Assembly (NCBI GenBank): GCA_963740315.1
Contig: CAVUDP010000002.1
Location: forward strand, 1,312,001-1,376,000
DNA: 64,000 nt
Source of the DNA: an uncultured cyanobacterium
Lineage (GTDB): Bacteria; Cyanobacteriota; Cyanobacteriia; Cyanobacteriales; Nostocaceae
Direction of reading: 5' to 3'
Positions 41,381-53,254 of this stretch are shown piece by piece. A program made the translations under genes and the position numbers. The notes under the pieces are model-generated. The model saw nothing but the letters and a program-made list of their open reading frames with translations. It was not told the DNA's origin and searched no databases. How positions within the stretch are numbered: position 1 is the first letter of the stretch; each line of letters opens with the position of its first letter.

Positions 41381-41537
41381 TCGTTTTGATTAAAGTAAGT
41401 TAAGCCGCGATCGCAAATGAAAATTGTAGCTTTATATTAAGTCAAGCTTTACGACTTTCAAATATTTACAAATAGTTTAATAAAATTTAATATTGCTATC
41501 GTTTTCAAAAATTATTAAATAGAAGTGAAAATGTCAA

Positions 41538-43088
41538 ATGAAAGATACAAACGATCGTAATTTAATACGTACTATATTTAGCGATAAAAAATATCGACCA
41601 ATTCTGGTTTCTGCTGCATTATTTTTAACTTTTAACTTAGGAGTTTTGATTCCTACCTTTATTTTTTCAACTTTGCTAAAGAAAGATGCAGTTAGTATCA
41701 ATTTGGCAGGAAGGCAAAGAATGCTTTCTCAGAAAATAACAAAATCGCTATTAGAACTAAAAAACCAACAGGAAGCCGGTAATTCTTTTAAGCAGTCTCA
41801 AGCAGAATTAAATCAGGCTTATAAACTATTTGATGATGCTTTAGATGGTTTTCAACGAGGAAAAAATATTAAGGGTGCTGATGGCGAATCTGTATATTTA
41901 AATGCAGTAGAACGAGAGAAAGAAAGACAAATTATCGAAGAAGCTTTAAAAATATGGAACCCTTATAAAGAAAAGCTCCAGCCGATTTTAAAAACAAATA
42001 AATTAGTTGAATTCAAAGATTTAGAAGCTGCTGTTGCATATGCCAGAGCAAATAATCTTAAGCTTCTCGATTTAATGAACCAGTTAACTATCGAACAGGA
42101 AAAAGTTGCTCAAACAAAAAGTGGATATTTGCAATTTATTCAGCTTGTAGGAATAGCTTTAGCTTTAGCAAACTTTTTTGTTTTATTATCCCGTAGCTTT
42201 AAACGCTTGCAAATATCGGATCAAGAACTTGAAACAGCTAATGCAGAAATTCTTCAACTTAACGAACGCTTGCAAGCTGATAATATCCGTTTAAAGTCTG
42301 AATTGGATGCTACCAGACGCTTACAGCAAATGATTCTACCCAAGTCTTCGGAATTGGAGTCTGTTAAGGGATTAGATATTGCTGGATATATGGAACCTGC
42401 GGATGAAGTTGGTGGTGATTATTATGATGTTCTCAACCTTGATGGAAAAATAAAAATTGGTATTGGCGATGTAACCGGGCATGGTTTGGAAAGTGGAATG
42501 CTGATGTTGATGGTGCAAACTGCTGTTCGTACTTTACAAGAAGTTGAGGAAACCAATCCGGTAAGGTTTATGGATGTGTTAAACCGCACCATTTACAAAA
42601 ATATTCAGCGGATGGATTCCGGTAAAAATCTTACTTTGTCTCTAATCGACTACAGCGACGGCGAACTTAACTTAACCGGACAACATGAGGAGGTGATAAT
42701 AGTACGTAGTAATGGTGAAATGGAAATATTAGATACTACTGACTTGGGTTTTCCTATCGGTTTAGATGATGAAATTGCCGATTTTGTTGGGCAGCAAAAA
42801 ATACACCTAGAAATTGGTGATGTAGCAGTACTTTTCACTGACGGCATTACCGAAGCTGAAGACATTCATAGAAACCTTTACGGAATTGAAAAGCTTTGCG
42901 AAGTTATCAAACAAAACCGACATTTGAGCGCTGCTGGAATTAAAGATGCCGTAATTGAAGATGTGCGATCGCATATTGGTTTACAAGAGGTATTTGATGA
43001 TATCACGCTGTTGGTATTGAAGCAGAAAGCTACAGATTCTACTTTAAATCTGTGGGAGTCTGAGAATTTAGAAATGGTTGGCATTTAA
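41538..43088 (+). CDS. Membrane PP2C/SpoIIE phosphatase with periplasmic PilJ/NarX-like sensor domain
   Basis: TM1, DAVSINLAGRQRMLSQK, TM2, coiled coil, then EVGGDYYD, GDVTGHG, FTDGITEA and DDITL. Confidence 0.9.
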   Translation: MKDTNDRNLIRTIFSDKKYRPILVSAALFLTFNLGVLIPTFIFSTLLKKDAVSINLAGRQRMLSQKITKSLLELKNQQEAGNSFKQSQAELNQAYKLFDDALDGFQRGKNIKGADGESVYLNAVEREKERQIIEEALKIWNPYKEKLQPILKTNKLVEFKDLEAAVAYARANNLKLLDLMNQLTIEQEKVAQTKSGYLQFIQLVGIALALANFFVLLSRSFKRLQISDQELETANAEILQLNERLQADNIRLKSELDATRRLQQMILPKSSELESVKGLDIAGYMEPADEVGGDYYDVLNLDGKIKIGIGDVTGHGLESGMLMLMVQTAVRTLQEVEETNPVRFMDVLNRTIYKNIQRMDSGKNLTLSLIDYSDGELNLTGQHEEVIIVRSNGEMEILDTTDLGFPIGLDDEIADFVGQQKIHLEIGDVAVLFTDGITEAEDIHRNLYGIEKLCEVIKQNRHLSAAGIKDAVIEDVRSHIGLQEVFDDITLLVLKQKATDSTLNLWESENLEMVGI

Positions 43089-43220
43089 CAGTTATTAATT
43101 ATCAATTATCAATTATAAGTAATCAGTTAACTTGCTATTAGCCCCACCGATCGACTATTTGCTGTTAGCTGATTTAAGGATATTCATCGACAACAATTTA
43201 TCAGAGAGGAAAATATCGCG

Positions 43221-44189
43221 GTGGTGCAAGTATTTGGTGACTTCGTTGAGTCAACGCAAAAAAAAGAAAACTTAACTTTAGGATTCTCTGCTTCTGCAAT
43301 ACCAATTCAGGAGCGTTGGCGTAATAACGGTTTATCTGCCGATTATATTGCTGAATACCTGACAACTATATTAAATGCTGATGAAAATGAATCAGTTGAG
43401 GAAGAGTATTTAGCTCAAATCAAAAGTTCGGCTAGCTACATTGCTAATGAATTACTTGAAAACGGGATGAAATATTGCAGCGAACAAACACATCATCCCA
43501 TAACTTTTCATATAGAATTAGCAGCTAACGAAATCAGATTTTTCTTAGAAAATACGGTTATACCTGCAAATGCGGAAAAGTTAAAAAATTTTATTAAAGA
43601 ATTAAATAATTCCGATCCAGATGAATTTTACATTCGCCAGTTAGAAAAAAGTGCGTCAGATGATAAGACAGATAACATTAGTTCTGGACTGGGTTTTTTA
43701 AGCATAATTAATGACTATTCTGCTAAATTGGGCTGGAAGTTCCAAACTTTAGAGCAAAATCCGTTGTTGATGAGTGTTACTACTTTAGTGCGTTTTATGG
43801 TACAACAAACCGAACAGCCACAACAAAATAATATTAGCGAACCGATAGAAATTAACGGCGAAAATTTTAAGATTTTTTACGATCGCAATAGTAAGGTTCT
43901 TAACTTTACTGGTAGAGTTCGGCTTCGAGGATTGCAAGAGTATACCGTTGTTTTTGATTTGTTCGATAAGGTAATAGAAATAAACGCAAATTCAATAACT
44001 TTGAATATACAACATCTTGAACTTATAAATAGTTCGGGAATCGATATGCTATCAAAATTTATTATTACCACCCGCAAAAAAAAGACGGTTCAGATAAACA
44101 TTATTGGTTCTAACGCTTTGACTTGGCAAGCCAGATTATTAAAGAATTTGCAGCGATTAATGCCTAGCTTAAAATATGAATTGAAATAA
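43221..44189 (+). CDS. Fusion of Slr1658-like kinase and Slr1659-like STAS domains
   Basis: The N-half matches 40349 (RWRNNGLSAD, ANELLENGMKY, SGLGFLS). The C-half matches 41036 (LINSSGIDMLSKF, WQ..LKNLQRLMP). Confidence 0.85.
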   Translation: MVQVFGDFVESTQKKENLTLGFSASAIPIQERWRNNGLSADYIAEYLTTILNADENESVEEEYLAQIKSSASYIANELLENGMKYCSEQTHHPITFHIELAANEIRFFLENTVIPANAEKLKNFIKELNNSDPDEFYIRQLEKSASDDKTDNISSGLGFLSIINDYSAKLGWKFQTLEQNPLLMSVTTLVRFMVQQTEQPQQNNISEPIEINGENFKIFYDRNSKVLNFTGRVRLRGLQEYTVVFDLFDKVIEINANSITLNIQHLELINSSGIDMLSKFIITTRKKKTVQINIIGSNALTWQARLLKNLQRLMPSLKYELK

Positions 44190-44510
44190 GAAGGGAGTAG
44201 GGAGTAGGGAGTAGGGAGTAGTTAGGAGTTAGGAGTACTTCGACAAGCTCAGTAACCGTATAGGAGTTAGGAGTTATGAGTTAGGAGTTATGAGTTATGA
44301 GTTAGGAGTTATGAGTTTAAATATCTCCTTGTCCCCTTGTCCCCCCATCTCCCCCATCTCCCCATCTCCCCATCCCCCCCGCTCGCCGCACGCTCCGCGT
44401 GAACGGGTTCGGCAGTTCGCTCAACGGTCGTGTTCCTCCGCACGCGACTGCTCTCACCATCTCCCCATCCCCCCCTCTCCCCCTCTCCCCCATCTCCTCA
44501 TCCCCTACCT
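44190..44510. repeat. Composite STRR array with embedded SDR-like inserts (44236-44258, 44381-44458)
   Basis: GGGAGTA, GAGTTAG and CCCCATCT tandems interrupted by GC-rich short sequences. Confidence 0.8.
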
Positions 44511-44513
44511 AAT

Positions 44514-44551
44514 AAAAAACTCCCCCTTAGAGATGCAAAGGAGGAGTTTTT
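44514..44551 (-). terminator. Intrinsic terminator of atpD-atpC
   Basis: AAAAAACTCCCCCTT...AAGGAGGAGTTTTT hairpin about 27 bp past the atpC stop, with a U-tract on the minus strand. Confidence 0.7.
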
Positions 44552-44577
44552 GATTTCAAATCTAAATAACTTGATAC

Positions 44578-44991
44578 TTAAACCATACCGCCAGCGGCTT
44601 GAAAGCGAGCGCGGGCGCGTTTGTAGGTTTTAGTTGCTTTGATTTGGGCTTGTCTGTCGCCTTGCGCTACCTGATTCAAACGAGTTTGAGCTTCGTTAAA
44701 AGCACTACGGGCTTCTTCAAGGTCAATTGAATCACCTTTTTCGGCAGCGTTGACCAAAATTGTGACTTCATCTTCATCGACTTCTGCAAAGCCACCTGAA
44801 AGTGCGATCGATACCCAATTTTGATTATTGTCGGCACGCACTCGCATTACACCTGTATCGAGGGCGCTTAACATTGGTGCGTGTCCGCTAAGTATACCAA
44901 GTTGTCCGGTAGTGCTTGGTAAAACGACTTCCTGAGCCGTTGAATCCCAGACTGTTTTATCTGGGGAGATTACACGAACGGTTAATGTCAT
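44578..44991 (-). CDS. atpC: ATP synthase F1 epsilon subunit
   Basis: [33 protein letters not shown]. Confidence 0.97.
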   Translation of the reverse strand: MTLTVRVISPDKTVWDSTAQEVVLPSTTGQLGILSGHAPMLSALDTGVMRVRADNNQNWVSIALSGGFAEVDEDEVTILVNAAEKGDSIDLEEARSAFNEAQTRLNQVAQGDRQAQIKATKTYKRARARFQAAGGMV

Positions 44992-45077
44992 AATTGCTAG
45001 TTGTTAGTAGATAGTTGGCGCGTTGTTAGTTGGCGCGTTGTAGTCATTTCAAGTAGAAAAATCTGGTTAGTAGTGCG

Positions 45078-45158
45078 ACCATCTTGGTCGCTTGCTACTA
45101 CCATCTTGGTCGCTTGCTACTACCATCTTGGTCGCTTGCTACTACCATCTTGGTCGCT
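45078..45158 (+). repeat. 22-bp tandem repeat (ACCATCTTGGTCGCTTGCTACT x3.7) inside a REP-like element
   Basis: Units start at 45078, 45100, 45122 and 45144, with no spacers. Confidence 0.92.
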
Positions 45159-45220
45159 GGCTAATAGGGAGCAAGATGCGAACACTAACTACTAACCACG
45201 CTCCAACTAACAACTAACCT

Positions 45221-46684
<1,464 letters not shown>

Positions 46685-47544
46685 TTACGAAGCTATATTT
46701 TTACTCTTAGAGACGTAGAGACCTTAAGATTAACTCATCTCATCTTCAAGATTAGCACCGAACGACACTATTATTGGGCAAAAATTGAAAGCGGAAGGAG
46801 TAGGGAGTAGAAAGTTGCGAGTAGAAAGTCACGACTAGGAAATATATAAATAATTTTTGTTTGATTTGATTAGTTACCGATTTGATGTTTGTGAACCCGA
46901 TCGCCTTTTCTAAGATCAAAATTATACCAGGGGGCAACCCCAAAAATCTAAGTAACGCGATCGCAGACATTAATGTACTTAATAAGGGAGTTGGGAGTTG
47001 GGAGTTGGGAGTAGAGGAATGTACAAAGCTGCAACTTGCCGAACTGCTGTAGGTACTCAAAAACCAAAAAATTAGAAATATATATTCGCAATACCAAAGA
47101 AAATAGCCCCCTTTGCTATATCTCAAAGAGGGCATACGCCATGCCATTTCACTTACTGTTTACAAACACATCCTAAAGATAGGATTCCGCAAATCTAAAT
47201 CGTTTAAAATTATTTTGTCAAAGTATATTATTTTCTATTTAATTAATTACTCCTATTTCTGTTCTAATATTACTGGAACGAGGGAGTAGAAAGCAGGAAG
47301 TCAACCCGCCCTAATAAGGATTTCGCAATGTTAACAGCCGTAAAAAAGCGCCAGGTAAAGTAATAAGAAGGAACTTTACAAACATCCTCTAAACAATTCG
47401 TAAATATTAATAAACCCGCTTTCTTAAACAAAAAAACCGGGTTTTAAAATATTAATTATCGCGGCTCTAAATCCAAAATACAGCTATATTTCTTATTATC
47501 GCTGCGAAAGTGTCCAATATCCAGCTAAAATAATCCAATAACGC

Positions 47545-48426
47545 TTATTTTTTTTCCATTTCCAAAAGTTCGGGGATAGTTACGAAGCTATAACCCTGCT
47601 GTTTTAATTTAGCAATTATAGTCGGTAAAGCCTGGATTGTTCGAGTGCGATCGCCACCACCATCGTGCAGTAATACAATCCCGCCGGGACGTGCATTTTT
47701 TAACACGGTATTCACCATAGTAGCAGGTGCAGGTCTTTGGAAGTCGCGAGAATCAGCAGACCACATCAAAGTTGCATATTTTTTATTTTTAGCATGAGCA
47801 ACCAAACCATTACTTAAATGTCCTCCTGGTGGACGAAATAAGTTTGTTTTAACTCCCGTCACCTTATAAATTAATTCCGTTGTTTTATCAATTTCAAAAG
47901 CAGCAGCTTGAGGATTCATAAAATGATACCAATGGTGCCAAGTATGATTGGCGATCGCATGACCTTCATCTACAATCTGCTTTCCTAACTGAGGATTATT
48001 TTGCAGCGCATTACCAACGACAAAAAATGTTGCCTTGATATTATTTTTTTTCAATATATCTAATGTTTGTCTAGTGGTCTTTTTCCAAGGTCCATCATCA
48101 AAGGTTAAAGCGATAACTTTTTTATTTGCAGCGGGTTTAATTTCATAAATTACTTTCCCATTAAAGCTAGCTGGCGCAGCCGAAAGTAAGCTTTGTCTTT
48201 TTAATTGTTCGTTCAATGTCGCTTCCATTGCAGCTTGAAATCCTGTGAAGCGCAGAGCATTATCTACTTCGGCATTGATAATTTTTATTTTCGGTTTATT
48301 TATGCCTAATAAAGAAGATACATTTAAATTTCCAGGCATTATTAAACTCAAACTCAAAGTACCAACGAACAAAAGTAAGGCAATAAAAATTTTATGCGGT
48401 AGAAAATAAATTTTTCTGTTTTCCAC
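47545..48426 (-). CDS. Polysaccharide deacetylase (NodB/CE4)
   Basis: TFDDGP, NHTWHH, FRPPGG, DSRDF and IVLLHDGG; N-terminal anchor. Confidence 0.92.
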   Translation of the reverse strand: MENRKIYFLPHKIFIALLLFVGTLSLSLIMPGNLNVSSLLGINKPKIKIINAEVDNALRFTGFQAAMEATLNEQLKRQSLLSAAPASFNGKVIYEIKPAANKKVIALTFDDGPWKKTTRQTLDILKKNNIKATFFVVGNALQNNPQLGKQIVDEGHAIANHTWHHWYHFMNPQAAAFEIDKTTELIYKVTGVKTNLFRPPGGHLSNGLVAHAKNKKYATLMWSADSRDFQRPAPATMVNTVLKNARPGGIVLLHDGGGDRTRTIQALPTIIAKLKQQGYSFVTIPELLEMEKK

Positions 48427-49606
48427 TTGATATTTCTCTCAATAATATAATTTTGCTTAGATAGATACCGCATTATTAAAAGTTAATATATCTAATTTGT
48501 AACCCAAACAATCATGCTTGGGCTATTCGGTAGATTTTTAACCTTACCGAACCACAAATTTTTACATAGACTAAGACTATTAAGTTAAGGTTGATAGTTT
48601 AGTGCGAATTTACTTGTATATCCCGGCAATAAATCTAAAAATAATAAAACATAAATCGCCAGTTTTTTCTAATAGTTTTAATTACTAGAAAATAAATTTT
48701 AACTTCTAGGTCAATATATTGTAATGTCTGCCGAACAGCTTTCACTACAAATTTAAATCCTTATAAATGCTCCCGTCGAAAAATATTATTTAAATATAAA
48801 TTAAACTTCACAAACAAAATTTAGTCATAACTGTAGGTTAATAATTTACCCACTATTACAATAGTAATATCCGCTTTGACAAAAAGATATAATCGCGAAT
48901 ACCATTAGCATAAAATATATTTAAAAGTCAATAATACGGCACATGATTTATATGGCTTTATTGTACTTTCCTACCAATTGCCAGTAGATGTTATTGATGC
49001 TTTAACTTAATCCAAAATTTAGTTTCATTTATATTATCCACCCTGGTATTCGTACTTTCCGCATAAATTTTAATTAATTTTTTTTGTAAATCATGTAATT
49101 TAAATTACTTATCTTTATCAATCAACGAATCAAAATACAATTAAAAAAACTTTCTTCAAATAATATTATCTTTGTAAGCGATAACCCATACCGTTGAGTG
49201 TTTCAATCAATTCGCTGCTTAATTAATGAAAATCTAGTACTACATTACCTACATAAAAAAGCATTTCTTCTCTAGCTTAAGATACTTGACTATTTTGCAA
49301 CTTTAGCTTCATAGGAGTCAGCAATTCTTCTAGAATGGTTTCGTCATATAGTTACAGCATCGACTTCAGGTCTTACCTTCTACAAAAGTAAATAAAAAAT
49401 AATCGGTGTATACCATCCTCAAGATAGATAATTTATAAAACTTGTATGCATTTAAAAATTTTCTTATCATGATAAATATAGATTCAGATTGTTCGCAGTT
49501 GAATCTAATGGTTCTAATTCTATAAAGCTTGAACTTTCCCTCTTTAGTTAAATAAAGCATTTTTATAGAGCCAAACATTATTGTTCGTTTAGCAACACAA
49601 GTAATT

Positions 49607-50431
49607 ATGGATTTATCGTCAGCGCGGCAATTTTTTGATCGCGAGATTCAACAGCCTGACGAGTATATTGACTTAGCAAAAGCAGCTTTGTACATTGCTC
49701 AAGAAGAATATTCGGAACTGGACATAGATGAATATCTAAATGCACTTGATACAATGGCAGTCGAATTAGAAGAACGTTTGCCATCAGAAAATTATCCCTT
49801 AAAGATTATTCAGTGCATTAACAAATATCTTTATGATGACCTAAAGTTTACAGGTAATAATCAAAATTACTACGATCCGCAAAACAGTTTTTTAAATGAT
49901 GTAATCGAACGCCGAGTTGGAATTCCGATTACATTAGCACTAATTTATATAGAAATTGCCCGTCGCATTGATTTCCCGATGATAGGTATAGGAATGCCGG
50001 GACACTTTCTGATTCGTCCAGATATTTCAGAAGTTGAAATTTTCGTCGATGCTTTTAACAATGGCGAAATACTGTTTCCCCAAGACTGTGAGGAACGTCT
50101 AAGTCAAATTTATCAGCAAAACGTAACATTGCAACCAGAATTTTTGGCACCAGTCACTAAAAAGCAGTATTTAGGAAGAATGTTGACTAACCTGAAATAT
50201 ATTTATCTCAAACAACAGGAATTAGAAAAAGCTTTATCCTGTGTCGAGCGAATTTTACTATTGTTTCCCAGTGCAACATTAGAAATACGCGATCGCGGTT
50301 TATTATCCTATCAAATCGGACGCTTCAATCAAGCTTCAGTTGACTTACAAGCCTATCTACAACAAGTTCCCGACGCGCAAGATGCAAATACCATTCGGCA
50401 CTTACTCATGAAAATGGGCAATAATCAGTGA
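49607..50431 (+). CDS. SirB1/YchA family protein (transglutaminase-like core plus TPR)
   Basis: YYDPQNSFLNDVIERRVGIPITL, GMPGHFL, VDAFNNG and EIRDRGL. Confidence 0.88.
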   Translation: MDLSSARQFFDREIQQPDEYIDLAKAALYIAQEEYSELDIDEYLNALDTMAVELEERLPSENYPLKIIQCINKYLYDDLKFTGNNQNYYDPQNSFLNDVIERRVGIPITLALIYIEIARRIDFPMIGIGMPGHFLIRPDISEVEIFVDAFNNGEILFPQDCEERLSQIYQQNVTLQPEFLAPVTKKQYLGRMLTNLKYIYLKQQELEKALSCVERILLLFPSATLEIRDRGLLSYQIGRFNQASVDLQAYLQQVPDAQDANTIRHLLMKMGNNQ

Positions 50432-50550
50432 ACAATTATCAATGGGCATGGGGCATGGGGCATGGGGCATGGGGCATAGGTAAATATTCTTAACTCTTAA
50501 CTCCTAACTTTTCCCCATCTCCCCATCTCCCCATCTCCCCATCTCCTCCT

Positions 50551-50997
50551 CTACTTAAGGCTCTCTGCGACACGCTTAAGACGATGCAATTGTGCTTGCA
50601 TATCATTCTTTGTAAATTTTTCGGCGAAGTTTTTAAAACCCCAACTTATTAAGGGGTTAGGAATCTCAAATTCAAAACGATTTACTAAACGAGTTCCATT
50701 ATCTATTGGTTGACATTCCCAGCGATCGCGTCCTTTAAAAAAACCGTCAAACTGCCAGACTACCAAACCTGGTTGCCTCATCGCAACTGTACTAATTAAT
50801 GTAGGTTTTATTACTGGTATTTGAATAATAAATTTGCTTTTACTACCCACTTCTGTACTCCAATCCCCTATTGGTTCGCAGCACAAAGCGGGATTTAACC
50901 ATTGATGCATTAAAACACGGTCTGTGATACATTGTTCTACTACTGCGGATGTAGCATTAATATCAACCGATTGCTCAAAAACTTCTTTATGAGGCAT
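50551..50997 (-). CDS. SRPBCC/polyketide cyclase-fold protein
   Basis: FEQSVDINA..MHQWLNP..GTRLVNRFEF..LHRLKRVAE pattern. Confidence 0.75.
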   Translation of the reverse strand: MPHKEVFEQSVDINATSAVVEQCITDRVLMHQWLNPALCCEPIGDWSTEVGSKSKFIIQIPVIKPTLISTVAMRQPGLVVWQFDGFFKGRDRWECQPIDNGTRLVNRFEFEIPNPLISWGFKNFAEKFTKNDMQAQLHRLKRVAESLK

Positions 50998-51338
50998 TTC
51001 AATTTAATCTAATCTCAGCATTCAGATTAACGCAAAACAGGCAGATATTAGCAAGCGCATCTGCAATAGTGCAAAGTATTTGATATCCGTTCATGTATAT
51101 GCAAATACATCTAATTCAGTAGTTGTCAAATATTTTAATTAGTTTTTTAGCAAAAGCATCAATAAAAATAAAAAAAGTAAAAATTATCCTTGATATAAAT
51201 TATTTGTAAGATTTACTGGTAAATTAAGTTGCAAAACATAAACGAAGTTGTCAGGGTATGGTATTGTTTCAGGCAATCTACTACCTTATCATCTAAGGTG
51301 TTTTTCGCAATAACAGTAAACTTTAAAACTGGAAAACC

Positions 51339-52982
51339 ATGATTTCAACTTGGCAAGATATAACCCAAGTAGCGGGTGCTGATTTGTCAATAAGGATAGG
51401 GACAATTTTGGCACAATCGCGTCTTCCACAAGACGGAGCCAGAGAAGTTCAAAATGTATTTGAGAATGCTATTGGACAAATCATAGACTTATTACCTCGC
51501 TTGCTGGGTGCAGTTCTGATTTTGCTCCTTGGCTATCTGGTTGCTTTATTAGCTAAAGCTATAGTCCAAGGGCTGCTCAATCGGACTAACATCGATAACC
51601 GTATTGCTTCTGGATTAACAGGTAGTGACTCTATCCAAGTCGAGAAATTCATTGGTAGCTTGGTTTTTTGGACTATTCTGCTGATTACGGTAGTTGCGGT
51701 TTTAGATACCTTGCAGCTAAGGGTAGCTTCCGAGCCGTTGAATGCTTTTCTCAATCAAATTGGGGAATTCTTACCTAAGTTATTGGGAGCAGGCATCCTC
51801 TTGGGAGTGGCTTGGGTTGTAGCGACTCTGGTCAAAACTTTGGTGGTAAATGCTCTCAATGCTTTTAACGTAGACGAGCGTTTAAACGCACAGCAAGATC
51901 CAGCCACTGCCGATAGCAACCAACTTTCTATTGCACAGACTATTGGTACTGCTCTTTACTGGTTCATCTTCTTACTCTTCTTGATGCCAGTCTTAGATAC
52001 TTTGGGCTTGCAAGAGGCTTTAGGACCTGTAAACATCCTAGTATCGGAAATTTTGGCAATTTTGCCGAATATCTTAGCTGCGGTAATTATCGGCGTAGTT
52101 GGCTGGTTTGCGGCTAATATTATTCGTCGGATTGTAACTAACTTGCTTGCTACAACTGGAATCGACCATTTAGGAAGTCGATTTGGACTTTCGCAAAATT
52201 CAACTGGACAATCTTTATCTTCGATAATAGGTACGATTGTCTACGTTTTAATTTTGATTCCTGTAGCGATCGCGGCGCTTAATGCTTTACAAATTCAGGC
52301 TATTTCGGTACCTGCAATTGTAATGCTGCAACAGATTCTCAATGCTATACCTTTAATCTTCACTGCTGCGGCAATTCTAGCTGTTGCCTATTTCTTAGGA
52401 AGATTTGTATCGGAATTGGTAACAAGCATTCTTACCAGCATCGGTTTCAACAATATTTTCTCCATTCTGGGTTTACCCGCACCTGCTAGAAGAGAAGTAT
52501 ATGACGCGACTGGAGAACAAGTTCCTTCAGCAACATCACGCACCCCCTCAGAAATTGTTGGCATCATTGCCTTTATTGGCATTATGCTTTTTGCTGCGAT
52601 CTCCGCGATTGATATCCTGAATATTCCAGCTTTGACAGCACTGGTAACAGGTATCACGATTATTTTGGGACGGATTTTAGCTGGAATGGTAGTATTTGCT
52701 GTTGGTTTATTCTTAGCAAATTTAGCATTCAGCATCATTACAAGTTCGGGTAATGCTCAAGCGAGAATTTTAGGTCAGATAGCAAGAATAGCCATCATCG
52801 CCTTAGTTTCGGCGATGGCACTGCAACAAATCGGCATTGCTCCCGATATTGTCAACTTAGCTTTTGGTTTGTTATTGGGTGCTTTAGCAGTCGCTCTTGC
52901 CCTATCTTTCGGACTCGGTTCTCGCGATATTGCTAAATCTCAAGTACAGCAATGGGTAAATTCTTTTAAGAACAAAAGCTAG
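51339..52982 (+). CDS. TM-helix-repeat membrane protein (MscS N-terminal/CmpX-like)
   Basis: Repeated LPRLLGAVLILLLG, LPKLLGAGILL and LPNILAAVII units; C-terminal ALSFGLGSRD. Confidence 0.8.
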   Translation: MISTWQDITQVAGADLSIRIGTILAQSRLPQDGAREVQNVFENAIGQIIDLLPRLLGAVLILLLGYLVALLAKAIVQGLLNRTNIDNRIASGLTGSDSIQVEKFIGSLVFWTILLITVVAVLDTLQLRVASEPLNAFLNQIGEFLPKLLGAGILLGVAWVVATLVKTLVVNALNAFNVDERLNAQQDPATADSNQLSIAQTIGTALYWFIFLLFLMPVLDTLGLQEALGPVNILVSEILAILPNILAAVIIGVVGWFAANIIRRIVTNLLATTGIDHLGSRFGLSQNSTGQSLSSIIGTIVYVLILIPVAIAALNALQIQAISVPAIVMLQQILNAIPLIFTAAAILAVAYFLGRFVSELVTSILTSIGFNNIFSILGLPAPARREVYDATGEQVPSATSRTPSEIVGIIAFIGIMLFAAISAIDILNIPALTALVTGITIILGRILAGMVVFAVGLFLANLAFSIITSSGNAQARILGQIARIAIIALVSAMALQQIGIAPDIVNLAFGLLLGALAVALALSFGLGSRDIAKSQVQQWVNSFKNKS

Positions 52983-53172
52983 AAAGAATTAAGTCTGAAG
53001 TTTGAAGAATGAAGAATGAAATCACTAGGAAATAATTTATTGTTCCCTATTTCCTGTTTCCTGTTCTTCCTATCTCTTGTAGATTGAAGACTTTCATCCT
53101 TCATCTTTCAAACTACTTGCTTGAAAGTTGTTAGTTGTTAGTGGTTAGTGGTTAGTTGTTAGTTGTTAGTTG

Positions 53173-53227
53173 TTAGGTGATATAAGCAGCCCTCTTACCT
53201 TAGGTGATATAAGCAGCCCTCTTACCT
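53173..53227 (+). repeat. 27-bp tandem duplication between two STRR types
   Basis: TTAGGTGATATAAGCAGCCCTCTTACC twice (53173 and 53200). Confidence 0.9.
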
Positions 53228-53254
53228 ACTCCCTACTCCCTACTCCCTATTCCC

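Noticed and set aside
45078..45158. Possible CRISPR array
   Set aside because: The units are contiguous 22-mers with no unique spacers, and there are no cas genes in the window.
47150..47520. Degenerate MITE remnants (AGGATTCCGCA, AGGATTTCGCA, GCTGCGAAAGT)
   Set aside because: Too diverged to define paired ends or target duplications.
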